Of a stretch of 64,000 nucleotides of DNA, positions 1 to 10,600 are shown piece by piece. Source of the stretch: an uncultured Candidatus Saccharibacteria bacterium (GTDB lineage Bacteria > Patescibacteriota > Doudnabacteria > UBA920); assembly GCA_964474825.1 (NCBI GenBank), contig CAYYWQ010000001.1:229609-293608 (forward strand), read 5' to 3'. The stretch's first letter is position 1, and each line of letters begins with the position of its first letter. Both the position numbers and the translations under genes were made by a program. Below the pieces are notes generated by a model. The model had not been told where the DNA came from and searched no databases. It saw only the letters and a list, made by a program, of their open reading frames with translations.

Positions 1-795
1 GTTATTAACGAGCCGCCGCGAGGGATTGGGGACAAGTCTTACATGATTATCCGCGATTTTATTTTAGACAGGCGCATGGAAAAGCCTGACAAGGACGAAA
101 GCGTGGAAGTTCGCCTTGCGGATTTCCGTAAAGATTTAGCTGAAATCAAGCTCTCTCCTAAGCAATGGAAAAGCGCGCAGGATTTTTTTGCCTTGCTTGA
201 TTCACTGGGTACCACGCCGGAAAATACCGCCCTGCCCCAATTAATAAAGAAAATTACCAAAAATGCCGGTTACGAAACTTTTTTACGCGACGGCACGGAG
301 CTTGGGGAGACCCGCTGGGAAAACGTGGAGGAATTAATGACAGTGGCCGCCAAGTTCAGCCACTTGCCCTGGCGGGAAGCTGCAACCTCGCTTTTGGAGG
401 AAGTAGCCCTGCTTTCGGAAATTGATCAGAAGGACGAAACCCGGGATAGCGTAACTTTAATGACCCTTCATAGCGCCAAAGGCCTTGAGTTCGACAATGT
501 TTTTTTTGTGGGTTTGGAAGAGGGGATTTTGCCACACTCCCGTTCGCTTTTAGACCCTTCCGAGATGGCCGAAGAAATCCGGCTGGCTTATGTTGGCTTA
601 ACTCGCGCCCGCAAAAGGCTGTTTTTGGTTTATGCCGCGTCCCGTCGTCTTTATGGCGACTTCCGCGTTAGTCAGCCTTCGCGTATTTTAAAAGTTTTAC
701 CAAAAGCGGCCGTGCATGCCATTAATGTATCTAAGAGTTTTTTAGCTGAAGATCAAGTCGCAGGAGAACTAGTGGTAGAGGAACTGGATTTTTGA
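1..795 (+). CDS. UvrD/PcrA/Rep-family DNA helicase, C-terminal part (5' end outside window; frame open from base 1)
   Basis: C-terminal helicase motifs TLMTLHSAKGLEFDNVFFVGLEEGILPHSRS and AYVGLTRARKRLFLVY (motif VI region); no stop in frame 1 from position 1. Confidence 0.8.
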   Translation, partial: VINEPPRGIGDKSYMIIRDFILDRRMEKPDKDESVEVRLADFRKDLAEIKLSPKQWKSAQDFFALLDSLGTTPENTALPQLIKKITKNAGYETFLRDGTELGETRWENVEELMTVAAKFSHLPWREAATSLLEEVALLSEIDQKDETRDSVTLMTLHSAKGLEFDNVFFVGLEEGILPHSRSLLDPSEMAEEIRLAYVGLTRARKRLFLVYAASRRLYGDFRVSQPSRILKVLPKAAVHAINVSKSFLAEDQVAGELVVEELDF

Positions 796-877
796 TGTAT
801 TATGTATAATGTATTTTGTATATGGTATGGGGGGCAAAATACAAAATATTATATACTAAATACAAAGTGGAATAATT

Positions 878-1711
878 ATGAATACTGAACAACTTAAAAA
901 TTTACTCCGCAGTAACGGCCTTAAGCCTAATTTTACTTATGGGCAGAATTTTTTAGTGGACGATATTGCTTTGGAAGACATCGTGGACGCGGCCGATGTT
1001 AGCGCTGACGATTACGTTATGGAAATAGGTCCCGGTATAGGCAATCTGACACAGAGGTTAATAGAGCGGGCAAAATTTGTTTTAAGCATAGAAAAGGACC
1101 CAAAGTTCCAGCAGCTGCTCCATGGCCTTAAAAAAGACAATCGTGACAGGTTTCGTTTTGAAATCGCGGACGCTTTGGAATACGATTTTCAAAAGTTTTT
1201 TAAAGAGCAAGGCGCGCAAAGTTACAAAGTAGTTGCCAACATCCCGTATTTTATAACGGGCAAAATTTTGCAAATGTTTATGACCGCGGAATTTAAACCG
1301 ACGTCAATTGTAATACTGACCCAAAAAGAAGTGGCACAGAACGTTACAGCTAAAGTAGGGGACTTGAGCATCCTTGCAATTTCAGTTCAGCTTTATGGCG
1401 AGCCGGAATTAGTCCGGATTGTTCCAAGGGAAAGTTTTCATCCTGCCCCAAAAGTTAACAGCGCGGTTTTAAAAATAAAGTTATACGACAAACCTAAGTA
1501 TGACATTGGCGACGAAAAAAAGTTTTTTAAAATTGTTAAAGCCTGTTTTGCCGGGAAAAGAAAACAGCTTCACAATACACTTGTTAACAATTTAGGTTTG
1601 GAAAAAAACAGGGTAACGGAAATATTAAACGAACTAAAAATAAATCCCACGGTCAGGCCGCAGGAGTTGTCTATTGAACAGTGGGTGGAGTTGTCAAAAC
1701 TTATAGCATAG
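878..1711 (+). CDS. rsmA: 16S rRNA (adenine1518/1519-N6)-dimethyltransferase RsmA/KsgA
   Basis: GQNFLVD, SAM motif MEIGPGIGNLT, VANIPYFITGKIL; 277 aa typical length. Confidence 0.9.
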   Translation: MNTEQLKNLLRSNGLKPNFTYGQNFLVDDIALEDIVDAADVSADDYVMEIGPGIGNLTQRLIERAKFVLSIEKDPKFQQLLHGLKKDNRDRFRFEIADALEYDFQKFFKEQGAQSYKVVANIPYFITGKILQMFMTAEFKPTSIVILTQKEVAQNVTAKVGDLSILAISVQLYGEPELVRIVPRESFHPAPKVNSAVLKIKLYDKPKYDIGDEKKFFKIVKACFAGKRKQLHNTLVNNLGLEKNRVTEILNELKINPTVRPQELSIEQWVELSKLIA

Positions 1712-1761
1712 AACAAGTAACAGGTAATGGTTAACAAGTATCGGTTACTTGTTATAAATTA

Positions 1762-2256
1762 TTAATTACCTGTTTTTAAAATTACTTCGTCGCCAATGCG
1801 CACGGAGTTTTTTTCTGCCCAGCCGGCATTAACTTCCAAGACCTGGGCAACAGGTTGAGGTGGGTAGTAAAGAGGCAGTTTTTCTCCTGAAAATTTTGGA
1901 GCCGGGACTTTAGGGGTTATGGCAATAATTTTTTGGTCCGCTATCCAAATAAAATCCAAGTCAAACAGCATGTCCTTCATCCAAAATCCGGGCTTAATAT
2001 TTTTTACAAAATCAAAAAGCATTCCCTCATTGTCTTTTAGTGGTTCTCTGTTTGAAAGTCCCTGAGCCATGTCCGCTGTGGTTGTTGCAATTTGAACATC
2101 TAATTTTTTATTCCCGACCAGGAGGGTGGTATTGTAAGGTGATGTTGTCTTGGTAGTCGTTACCTTGGCCGCAGAAGGGGATTTGTAATTGCACCCCAAT
2201 GATAAAAGCATTGCGGCGGCCAAAACAAAATAAATTTTTGAATTTTTGTAAGGCAT
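1762..2256 (-). CDS. DUF192-family secreted lipoprotein
   Basis: N-terminal lipobox-like LSLGC after signal peptide; DUF192-like core MLFDF...FWMKDMLFDLDFIWI. Confidence 0.55.
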   Translation of the reverse strand: MPYKNSKIYFVLAAAMLLSLGCNYKSPSAAKVTTTKTTSPYNTTLLVGNKKLDVQIATTTADMAQGLSNREPLKDNEGMLFDFVKNIKPGFWMKDMLFDLDFIWIADQKIIAITPKVPAPKFSGEKLPLYYPPQPVAQVLEVNAGWAEKNSVRIGDEVILKTGN

Positions 2257-2431
2257 AATCTAAATACATAATACAACAGTCTTCTTCTATTGCAAAATTT
2301 TTCCAGATGTGCTATAATATAAGTACAAGTTAAGAAAAAAGCAGCAAGAAACCAAAACAAAATTTAATTGCAGAAAATTCATTTGAAATTGTCTGTTTCA
2401 CAACAGGCTAATTTAGTTATTTTAAAGTAAA

Positions 2432-3436
2432 ATGCCTTTAAAAATAAGAATAATTGGGCTTCATGGTTTAATAGCAATAACTGCTCTGTTTTTTGTTTTC
2501 GGGCTCACTGAAATCTTTCATGCTGCTGTTGCGGCGCAGGATTTTGGATACCAAGCGGTCAAGACAGCGGGGGATTCCACAGTTTATTTACTGTCGCCTT
2601 CGCTTTATAAAATGCCTGTGCCATCAATGTTAGCTTTAAAATCTTATGGCGTCACGGCTGACAAAATTCAGGTTGTGCCCCAAAATTTTTTAGATCTTTA
2701 TAGCAGTCCCCGCTACATGGCGCAGGTGGGAAGCGCAAATATTTATTTATTTGAAAACGGCCAGCGCCGTTATTTGAATGAGGGATTTAAAAAAGTAATA
2801 GGACCAAAAGGAATATTTTTAGTCAGCGCGGTACATTTAAAATCTGTTAGTTTGGGTAAGCCGGTTAATTTAGCGGAAGCCCAAATTTTAGCCAGGGAGC
2901 AAGTTGCCGCAGCGGTTAGTGATCCTTCAACTGTTCCGCAGTGCAATCCTGACCCCAGTGTTGGGGGAGAAGACGGCTGTATTATTTATGAGGCAATTAG
3001 AAATAAAAACCCTCAGGAATGTTACGCGGTAAAAGATCCAAAATGGCAGTTAACATGCTGGCTGTCATTTGAAGCCCCTCAGAACGATCCGCTTTTGTAC
3101 TGCAGAAATGTCCCGTCAAATTTTTTGGACAACTGTATTTCCAACGTCGCGGTTAAAATAAAAAATAATTCTTTGTGTAATCAAATTACAGCATCAATTT
3201 TAAAAACAGAATGTCAGGCTAATGTGGGAGTTGTAAACGGCGATCTTGCGGGTTGTAATAAATTACCGGCCTATAGCAGCAACCAAACTGTTGAAAGTAA
3301 AGACGCTTGCTTGTATGCCTATGCTTTGCTAAAAGGTAAGCCTGAAGCCTGCGCGCAAATTGACCAAAAATCACCTTATTATAATTCTTGCGGGGAACTT
3401 GCGGAGCAGTTAAATAAAATTTGGGAGAATAATTAA
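2432..3436 (+). CDS. hypothetical membrane-anchored secreted protein, Cys-rich C-terminal half
   Basis: N-terminal TM helix; >12 Cys in last 150 aa; no recognisable family. Confidence 0.5.
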   Translation: MPLKIRIIGLHGLIAITALFFVFGLTEIFHAAVAAQDFGYQAVKTAGDSTVYLLSPSLYKMPVPSMLALKSYGVTADKIQVVPQNFLDLYSSPRYMAQVGSANIYLFENGQRRYLNEGFKKVIGPKGIFLVSAVHLKSVSLGKPVNLAEAQILAREQVAAAVSDPSTVPQCNPDPSVGGEDGCIIYEAIRNKNPQECYAVKDPKWQLTCWLSFEAPQNDPLLYCRNVPSNFLDNCISNVAVKIKNNSLCNQITASILKTECQANVGVVNGDLAGCNKLPAYSSNQTVESKDACLYAYALLKGKPEACAQIDQKSPYYNSCGELAEQLNKIWENN

Positions 3437-3437
3437 T

Positions 3438-3812
3438 ATGCGGTCCATGCCGTTTGCCTTAAAATTATTATTTTTTGTTGGAGTCCTTGCCCAGATAATT
3501 GCCGGCTATTCTGTTTTTTCCAGCAAGCCGCAAATTGCGCGGGCCCAGTCAGGCATTCCCATTGGCGGATTTTTTGCACCTGGAGTTTTTGATATTTTTA
3601 ATGTTGTTCCTTTTTGCGGATTAACGGTTACTGTTGTTGGGCCCAATCCCGGAGTCTTTGTTTTTATGCCGGTCTTGGGAGTGTATAATTACTTTCCCGA
3701 AACATTTTCTCATGTTGCGGTAAATACAGTGGGTCTTGGAGAGCCGGCGTCCAGTTGCGGACTGCCAACAATGGTTATGCTTGGTTCCAGTTTACTTCCT
3801 GGCCCCCAATAA
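3438..3812 (+). CDS. hypothetical small secreted protein
   Basis: signal peptide MRSMPFALKLLFFVGVLAQIIAG; starts 2 nt after previous stop. Confidence 0.35.
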   Translation: MRSMPFALKLLFFVGVLAQIIAGYSVFSSKPQIARAQSGIPIGGFFAPGVFDIFNVVPFCGLTVTVVGPNPGVFVFMPVLGVYNYFPETFSHVAVNTVGLGEPASSCGLPTMVMLGSSLLPGPQ

Positions 3813-3833
3813 ACAAAAATTAAAATTGTATTT

Positions 3834-4673
3834 ATGGAAACACAAACAACAACACAAACTTCTGAGGGTCATTTACATTTTGGCCATTTTGGCTTAATTG
3901 CGCTTACGGCAATTTTTCTGGTTGGTGTTTCTTATATGAAAAACCCAGACATGTTTAATTTGCATCCGGCTAGTTTAGTAGTTGATCCTTCTTTAGTGCC
4001 TAGGTATTACGCTTACGTTACCCCTGAGGAATTCCAGCAGCCCTTAGTGGCCGGTGCAAGTACCGAGGGGCCCGGGGTAAGCATTATTAATGAAGACGGC
4101 AGCGTTACCCCGGTAGATACAGGCGAAGTTTTGGGCATGTCTACCCAGGACGTACAATTGTCCTTAGACCAAATTAGTGTAAATGAGATTTCTGACAGCG
4201 ATGCGGCAATAAAAGCCTATTTCGCTCAGGCCGAAACAGCAGAAAGTGGTTATATTAATAATGCCGATTTTCAAACAGCTTTAATTTCCGCCAACCAAAA
4301 TCAAATTAATAATCAGGCAGAAAAACTTGAGGCGATAATAACCAGCCTGCAAAAACTTTCAGTGCCCCAATCCTTGGTTCGCTTGCAAAAATTAAAGATT
4401 GCACAATACCAAGCGGGTATTGGGTTGCTGCATAATTTTACCCAGGCAGACAGCAACCCGCTTTTAGTGGGGCAGTACCTAGACCAGTTTTTAAAATCCC
4501 AACAGGATATGGACAACGAAATGTTGGCCGCTCAGCAAAAATATGGAATAGATTTAGGAATTAGCTTAGCGGGATCTAGCTTGAATACTTTGCCCCAAGA
4601 AGGCAATCAAACCGGAGCCGACGAAACTTATATGTTTGACCAAACTTTAACTGACTTAAATGCACAGCAATAA
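3834..4673 (+). CDS. hypothetical membrane-anchored protein
   Basis: single N-terminal TM (GLIALTAIFLVGVSY), Q/N-rich extracytoplasmic part. Confidence 0.45.
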   Translation: METQTTTQTSEGHLHFGHFGLIALTAIFLVGVSYMKNPDMFNLHPASLVVDPSLVPRYYAYVTPEEFQQPLVAGASTEGPGVSIINEDGSVTPVDTGEVLGMSTQDVQLSLDQISVNEISDSDAAIKAYFAQAETAESGYINNADFQTALISANQNQINNQAEKLEAIITSLQKLSVPQSLVRLQKLKIAQYQAGIGLLHNFTQADSNPLLVGQYLDQFLKSQQDMDNEMLAAQQKYGIDLGISLAGSSLNTLPQEGNQTGADETYMFDQTLTDLNAQQ

Positions 4674-6630
4674 ACTTCAAAAATTAGTCGCTTGTTCTTT
4701 ACTCGCCATACAACTTTTAATGTTGCCTGGTTTGGCTTTGGCCCAAATAGGGGACGTGCCTACGAGCAACAGCGCTTTGGGTCTTGGGGGTATTGGGGGT
4801 TACACCGCAAATAGCTTAGCGACAGGCATCCTGGAAGGCGCTAATAAATCCAACTCTGCTTGCCTGGTGCCGGAGAAAGCTTTTTTTGCCGGAGATAAAG
4901 GGGTTTCAATAGGCATGGGAGGACTGGCCCTTATTAGCGGAGGCGCGAGCGTTCAAGAACAGTTAATTGCAAAAATTACCAAAATAGAAGGGTTTAAAGG
5001 TTGCCATGGAGCGCAATTGGAAATAGTTAAAGCTGTTCTTGCGCCTAATACTTTTATTTCCAACAGGAAGCAATTGTTAATTGACGAAATTACCAAGCAA
5101 ATTATGAGCCTGGAGGCCCGGGAAGAACCGCTTCTAAATCAGCTTAAGGTTGCGCAGCAGGGTTTTTGGAAAACTTTGGTTTGGAATGTTTTAATAAAAA
5201 CCACCAAAACCATTTCCATTAACATGGTTAATAAAATGGTAAAAAATTATAAAATAAATAATTTTTCCAAATATGCGGACGCAGTTGCCACCCAGGTTTA
5301 TGACAGCGAATTTATTTTAGACAACTTTAGCGGCGCTAAAGCCGACCAAATGCTTGTCAGATCATTTTTGGCAAACCCAGCCCTTCAGGGACAAATGTCA
5401 CCCTCGGTACTTCGCTATACCAACAACGCTTTGGGTTTTGACCCTAAACAGCTTAATACAAATGACCCGAATTTTTACCAGAAAATGTATTCAGCAGGCA
5501 CCGGCGGAAGTAATCCTTTTGTCCAGCAAATTGCTTTTGCCAATTCCGCTCAAATGATCCATTCCAAGTCTTTAGTCACTGCCCAGGCGGAAATTGCCCA
5601 AAGCAGCGGTCTTAAGACTCCTCGCAACTGCCAAGGGGTAATGTCCCAACAAAAATCTTTGGACCAGTCATATAAATTGGTAGACAACCAATTGGCCAAC
5701 CGCCAGGCTTTGTTTGATGATTTAGTTAACGCTAAAAAAATGGGTTATCCGGTAACCGACAGCGACCTGTCCAAAGCGCAAACTGATTTGGCTAAAGCCC
5801 AGAACCAATGGGACGCTTTGCCTAATTCCGTGGAAAGCCCTATTGTAAAAATTTGTGAAGGCATTGTTTCTCCTCCAAGTTTAATTAACAAAGGCATTGA
5901 CCAGGCCTTTAACGCCCTTGGACAGAATGTAGGCACTTACAATAATAATAACTTACCATTCTTTATAACCTTTATTACTGACGTAGCCAATAAAATTACC
6001 AATGACATGATTTTTGGCGGCGGCGTTAGCGGTTCCAGTATTTTGCAGGAAAACATTGGCAACCTTTCCCGGGCAACCAGCTTGGTAACCAGTGGGGTTC
6101 AGGCCAATTTGGAAGTTACTCAAGGTAAAAATATTACAATAACATCAAGTTTGGACGATGTAAGCAGCGACGGCAAGTCCGCTACCTTTAGCCTGCAGTG
6201 GGATGCCAGCGGCGTTGGAAACGCTACAGCCATTTCTATTAGCGGACCCGGTGTCCCGGCAAATATCAACGGAGCCATGCAGCCAAAGTTAAGTGGGGCT
6301 GTGGCAATAACTGTCGCGGTGGGAGCACAGTATACTTATACTGTGACTGCCTACGGCAAAAGTAAAGCCGATGTTTTGGCAACTTTAACCAAGAAAGTGG
6401 ACGCTACCCGCACTGCCGTAACACCTCCACCTCCGGTGACAACTCCTCCTGCCGCCGCAACGGTTCAGTGTGAGGAAGAGTACGGCAGTCTAGATGCTTG
6501 CATAGAGCATCCCGGTAACGACCCAGCTTGGTGTGCTTCTATTTGCGGCAGCGTTAACGGCGCATTCATTTCCAAAGCGCCGTTAAGCACCCGAGGTCCT
6601 ATGTCAGAGCTCCATCCAAGAGGGGAGTAA
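4660..6630 (+). CDS. hypothetical large secreted protein (656 aa)
   Basis: clear signal peptide ...LLMLPGLALAQ; overlaps upstream gene by 14 nt; Pro-rich segment then Cys-containing C-terminal tail. Confidence 0.55.
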   Translation: MHSNKLQKLVACSLLAIQLLMLPGLALAQIGDVPTSNSALGLGGIGGYTANSLATGILEGANKSNSACLVPEKAFFAGDKGVSIGMGGLALISGGASVQEQLIAKITKIEGFKGCHGAQLEIVKAVLAPNTFISNRKQLLIDEITKQIMSLEAREEPLLNQLKVAQQGFWKTLVWNVLIKTTKTISINMVNKMVKNYKINNFSKYADAVATQVYDSEFILDNFSGAKADQMLVRSFLANPALQGQMSPSVLRYTNNALGFDPKQLNTNDPNFYQKMYSAGTGGSNPFVQQIAFANSAQMIHSKSLVTAQAEIAQSSGLKTPRNCQGVMSQQKSLDQSYKLVDNQLANRQALFDDLVNAKKMGYPVTDSDLSKAQTDLAKAQNQWDALPNSVESPIVKICEGIVSPPSLINKGIDQAFNALGQNVGTYNNNNLPFFITFITDVANKITNDMIFGGGVSGSSILQENIGNLSRATSLVTSGVQANLEVTQGKNITITSSLDDVSSDGKSATFSLQWDASGVGNATAISISGPGVPANINGAMQPKLSGAVAITVAVGAQYTYTVTAYGKSKADVLATLTKKVDATRTAVTPPPPVTTPPAAATVQCEEEYGSLDACIEHPGNDPAWCASICGSVNGAFISKAPLSTRGPMSELHPRGE

Positions 6631-6654
6631 AAATAAATATAAGAATAGTTAAAC

Positions 6655-6685
6655 AAAAATCGGCGTTGTCGCCGATTTTTGTTTT
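6655..6685 (+). terminator. rho-independent terminator after 656-aa gene
   Basis: aaaaatcggcg-ttgt-cgccgattttt hairpin followed by T-run. Confidence 0.6.
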
Positions 6686-6767
6686 ATGCAAATTTTCGTA
6701 TAAGAAAAGCTAGTTTAAAAAATTATAATAATTAGCAATGAACTTTAAAAATTTTTGTAACTATGCT

Positions 6768-6805
6768 ATCCTTACATAACTGACGGCCGTCAGTTATGTA
6801 AGGAT
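6768..6805. promoter_or_regulatory. 38-bp perfect palindrome (candidate operator) upstream of PaaX-like gene
   Basis: atccttacataactgacgg|ccgtcagttatgtaaggat is exactly self-complementary; shares 18-bp core aactgacggccgtcagtt with the palindrome at 7365-7388. Confidence 0.55.
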
Positions 6806-6825
6806 GTGAATTAACGTAAAAGTTT

Positions 6826-7350
6826 ATGTCAAAAAAATACGGAACCCTGTCGGGAGAATTTTTAAAAATTTTGGGTAAGGCGACCGGATTTTTTACCTGG
6901 CCCATTGAAGGGACTGAAGGTTGGCGCTACGAACAACTATATGGTTCCAGAAGGAATTTTTTGAACACAGTCTCGCATTTAAAAAAGCGAGGGATGGTTA
7001 AATCAGTCAGCCGTCAAGGTAAAAATTTTTTGGAATTAACTTCCAAAGGACAATTGGAACTTCTTTTGCAAAAAGCTGTTGTTAAAACAGTGGCTAAGTG
7101 GGACGGTAAATGGAGAATGGTTATTTTTGACATTCCCGAAGATGCCAGGGACAAAAGGGATACCTTAAGGAGACTTTTAAAAACCAATCAATTTGTAATG
7201 TTGCAGGCCAGCGTGTTTGTTAGTCCCTTTCCTCTTAACAGGGAAGCCGTGGATTATTTAAAGCAAACAGGGCTAATTGCTTTTATAAGATTTGGAAAAA
7301 TTGAAGAACTTGATGATGATCGTGATTTAAGGAAAAAATTCAAGTTGTAA
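6826..7350 (+). CDS. PaaX-like (PaaX_C-type) small transcriptional regulator
   Basis: WDGKWRMVIFDIPEDARDKRDTLRRLLKTNQFVMLQASVFVSPFP resembles PaaX family central/C-terminal region; 174 aa. Confidence 0.45.
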   Translation: MSKKYGTLSGEFLKILGKATGFFTWPIEGTEGWRYEQLYGSRRNFLNTVSHLKKRGMVKSVSRQGKNFLELTSKGQLELLLQKAVVKTVAKWDGKWRMVIFDIPEDARDKRDTLRRLLKTNQFVMLQASVFVSPFPLNREAVDYLKQTGLIAFIRFGKIEELDDDRDLRKKFKL

Positions 7351-7364
7351 ATATTAAGTCATAG

Positions 7365-7388
7365 CCAAACTGACGGCCGTCAGTTTGG
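7365..7388. promoter_or_regulatory. 24-bp perfect palindrome downstream of PaaX-like gene / upstream of VirB6-like operon
   Basis: ccaaactgacgg|ccgtcagtttgg; same 18-bp core as 6768-6805. Confidence 0.55.
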
Positions 7389-7500
7389 TGAGGATGATTG
7401 CGGATTTTAGAATTGTTGGCACTTGGGGAAAAGTGGTAAAATTGACTTTAATCAAAATAAAGCCTGTCAATCACAGGATTTTGTGTTTTATAAATATTTG

Positions 7501-7509
7501 TGGTATAAT
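7501..7509 (+). promoter_or_regulatory. extended -10 promoter element (TGgTATAAT) upstream of 7631 gene
   Basis: tggtataat about 120 nt upstream of the TTG start. Confidence 0.3.
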
Positions 7510-7630
7510 TTTAACATTAGTTGAGGGTAAAAGTACTGTATTTGCTGAAGTTTTAAAACAAGGATTAAGCACTGCAAATACCAAAGAAATTTGTAAAATA
7601 CCACTCTTTTCTTAAACAAATTCCACATTC

Positions 7631-10600
7631 TTGCGGAAATTAAAACAAAAATTTAAAACTTCTGTTTTTAGCCTGGTTTTGATTATCATCCTGCTTTCCG
7701 GTCTTGGTGGTTTTTTTGTTTATCCCAAAACTGCAAAAGCCGCAGGGAATGTTTATAATTTCAGCGATATTGTGCTTACAGAAACTGTTGAGGTTTCCAA
7801 TAACCAAAACGGACCTTGGAATAACGTAAATTTTGTACGGGTAGGAAAAGACTCTAATTTTTACGTGAAAGTTACAATTCAGGTGGCTTCTTTGAAGAAT
7901 ACAAACAATCAGGTTGTAACCAGCTTTGATACAAAAAATGACTCGGTGTTTAATCCCGGTTGGTACAACACCAATTTTTCGATTAGTGGAGTAGGGTCAA
8001 GTTTTGTGGCTAAGGTTACCCAGGAACAAGCCGCGGCAATTAAGCAAAAAATAGAAGCAGGAGCTGATCCTAAAACCGTTGGGGGAATCCCTTGTTTTAA
8101 AGAAAGTATGACCAGCGGTGGAGGGGCGGCTTTAAACGGTGTGGTAATTGTAGGGGCGAGTGCGGCGGTGGCCTTGACTGGTGGGGCGGCTTTAAGCGCC
8201 GGAGCCCTGGCTGTTGGAGGTAGTGCTGTTGGTACTGCTGCAGGTGCTGCTGTGCAGAATGTGGCACTTTTTATAGCTATAAACGGCAGTACAGTTGCTG
8301 GCGGCAGTACAGCAGCAACGCTTGCTACTTTTAGGCCTGCTGCGGCATCCGATTATATAAAGTGCGACGGCCCAATTGGAGGCAGTAATCAACCCGGACC
8401 TCAAAGTCCGGGTGCTGTTCCGGTCGGTGGCACTTTATTTTCTAGCACTGTTACCGTTCCCGCGACTGCGTATGCGAATTTGGGACTTTCACAGCAGGCG
8501 GACGCAACAAAAGAATCCAGCACTCAGCCGGTGAATGAATTTTTTGTGGTACCGAACGTTTATTTTTCATCCTGGTTGGGGGTGAGGAATGACTTTATGT
8601 CAACCATTGGAGCAGGGAAGAGTATTTACGTCCAGCTTTATGATACTCAGGAGAATGCGAATAAACACGCAAGCGAAGCAGTGCCGTCTTCGGTTCCAAA
8701 TAACGGGAGCAACACCGGAAGCGGTACTAATCTTGGCGATGGAGGAAGCGGACTTCTTGGTTTGATTAACAAAATTATTGGAATTATTGTTGGTATTCTT
8801 TCTGAGCTGGCCTACTTAATATTTTACACACTGCTGGCGCCAATGATCCAGGCCATGCTTTCCATTCATACATACTCCGACACTTTTGTCGGGGTAATTT
8901 ATCCTGCCTGGATTGTAGTGCGCAATGTTTGCAATATTATTTTTATTGTCGCCATTATTGCCATAGCCATGGGTACGCTTTTCCGCGTGGAAAGTTACCA
9001 GTATAAGCACCTGTTAGTGCAGTTAATTATTGCCGCCCTGCTTGTGAATTTTAGTTTGGTTATTGGCCAGGCGATTTTAGGGATTGCGGACACCGCGCAG
9101 AACCAGTTTTTACCCAACAATGTGGAAGTTGTTCGCTCCCTTGGAAAGAATTTAATGGTGCAGTATCGCCCCGACGTCTGGAATATGGATTTCGCCGGGC
9201 ACGGTTATTTTAGCGACACTGTAAAGCAGTTGTTCTTTTTAGCTATGTCCTTGGGAAGCTTGGCGGTGTTTGCGGCCATAGCGGTATTTTTGGTTATTAG
9301 GATTGTGGCCTTGTGGATATTCCTTATGATTTCCCCCATAGCTTACGTGGCAGGAGTATTGCCCACTACCGCCAAATATAGGTCTGAATGGTGGAGTAAT
9401 TTTATTAAGTATGCTTTTTTTACGCCCATTATGGCGTTCATGCTTAACATTGCAGCTTACATTGCCAATATGCAGACCAACAATGGCGTGCTTAATTATC
9501 TTAAGGTGGACCCGAGTACTTTAGGCGGTAGTAATTTTGCCTCTTTTGTGGTACAAATTTCCAGTAATGTAATTTTATTGGTCTTCCTCTTTGCCGCCAC
9601 AATGGTAGCGGAAAAAATGGGCATCTACGGCGGCGACATAGTCTCTAAAGTTGGCAAACAAGGTTTGCTTGCGCCTTTTGCTGGCGCCAAGTTTTTGACT
9701 AAAGACGTTGCTGGGGGATGGGTAAAGAAGCATTACGATAAAAAGACTGAAGGTCTCGCAAGCGGGAAAATATTACCAGGACTTTTTGGAGACAAAGGAG
9801 GTCAGTGGCTTTCCCGACAGCTTTTTAAAGTTGCTCACCCTATTACCACTGTTGGAAAAATAAGGGAAGAAAGCAAGGAAGAGAGAGAGTTATATAAAGC
9901 ACGCGTGGAGGCAGCGGCAGTAAAAGTTGCCAGAAAACAGTTTGGTTGGAGAAGAATGACAGAAGACCCGATGTATCTTTTTGATGAACATAAAGGAAAG
10001 GAACTTTATGAAAAAGAAGAAGGTCAATGGTCGCCTAATGAACAAGTCAATGTGGGTAAAATAAATAGGCTGGCCGAAGAATCTAAAAAAGGGGACTTAC
10101 GTGCTCGTGTAAAGCTTAAATTTGCCTTGGCAGAAGCTTTTAGAAACAGGAACCTGAACGAAGTTATGGGAGGGGAGAATGGATTAGCTGCTAGGAATCC
10201 AGAATTATTTGGAGGCCCTCTTAATTATAATGCAGACAATATAAGGTTTTTTTTCCAGCAAATGACCGAAGGCGGTTATTTAGACGAAGATTTTACAAGG
10301 GAATTTTTAAAAGACATCGGTAGAGATGCATATGAGAAAGGTGACTTCAATGGAGCCGAGCTCGTTTACAGCGACCCAAAAACAGGCCATCCTCATATGA
10401 TTCACATGGCTCCGCGGGACGAGGAGGGAAATTCTTTACCTGTCGGCTGGAATGATTATGTACAAAAAAGAGAAGAATTTATTAGAGATGCTGATGCGAT
10501 CGGTAAACGAAATGCTGTTACCGTAGGTAAAGCAAAAGCTGTCACAAAAGCCACTAAAAATCTTGGTCCTGGGGCAACTCCAGCCCAAATTGCCGCAGAA

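Noticed and set aside
1712-1782. Interleaved inverted repeats (aacaagtaac/gttacttgtt and acaggtaat/attacctgt) between convergent rsmA and DUF192 genes
   Set aside because: Most simply a bidirectional terminator region for convergent genes. Nothing beyond that could be supported.
7385-7615. 76-aa ORF between PaaX-like gene and VirB6-like gene
   Set aside because: Sits in an AT-rich promoter region containing the extended -10 element. No RBS or recognisable motif.
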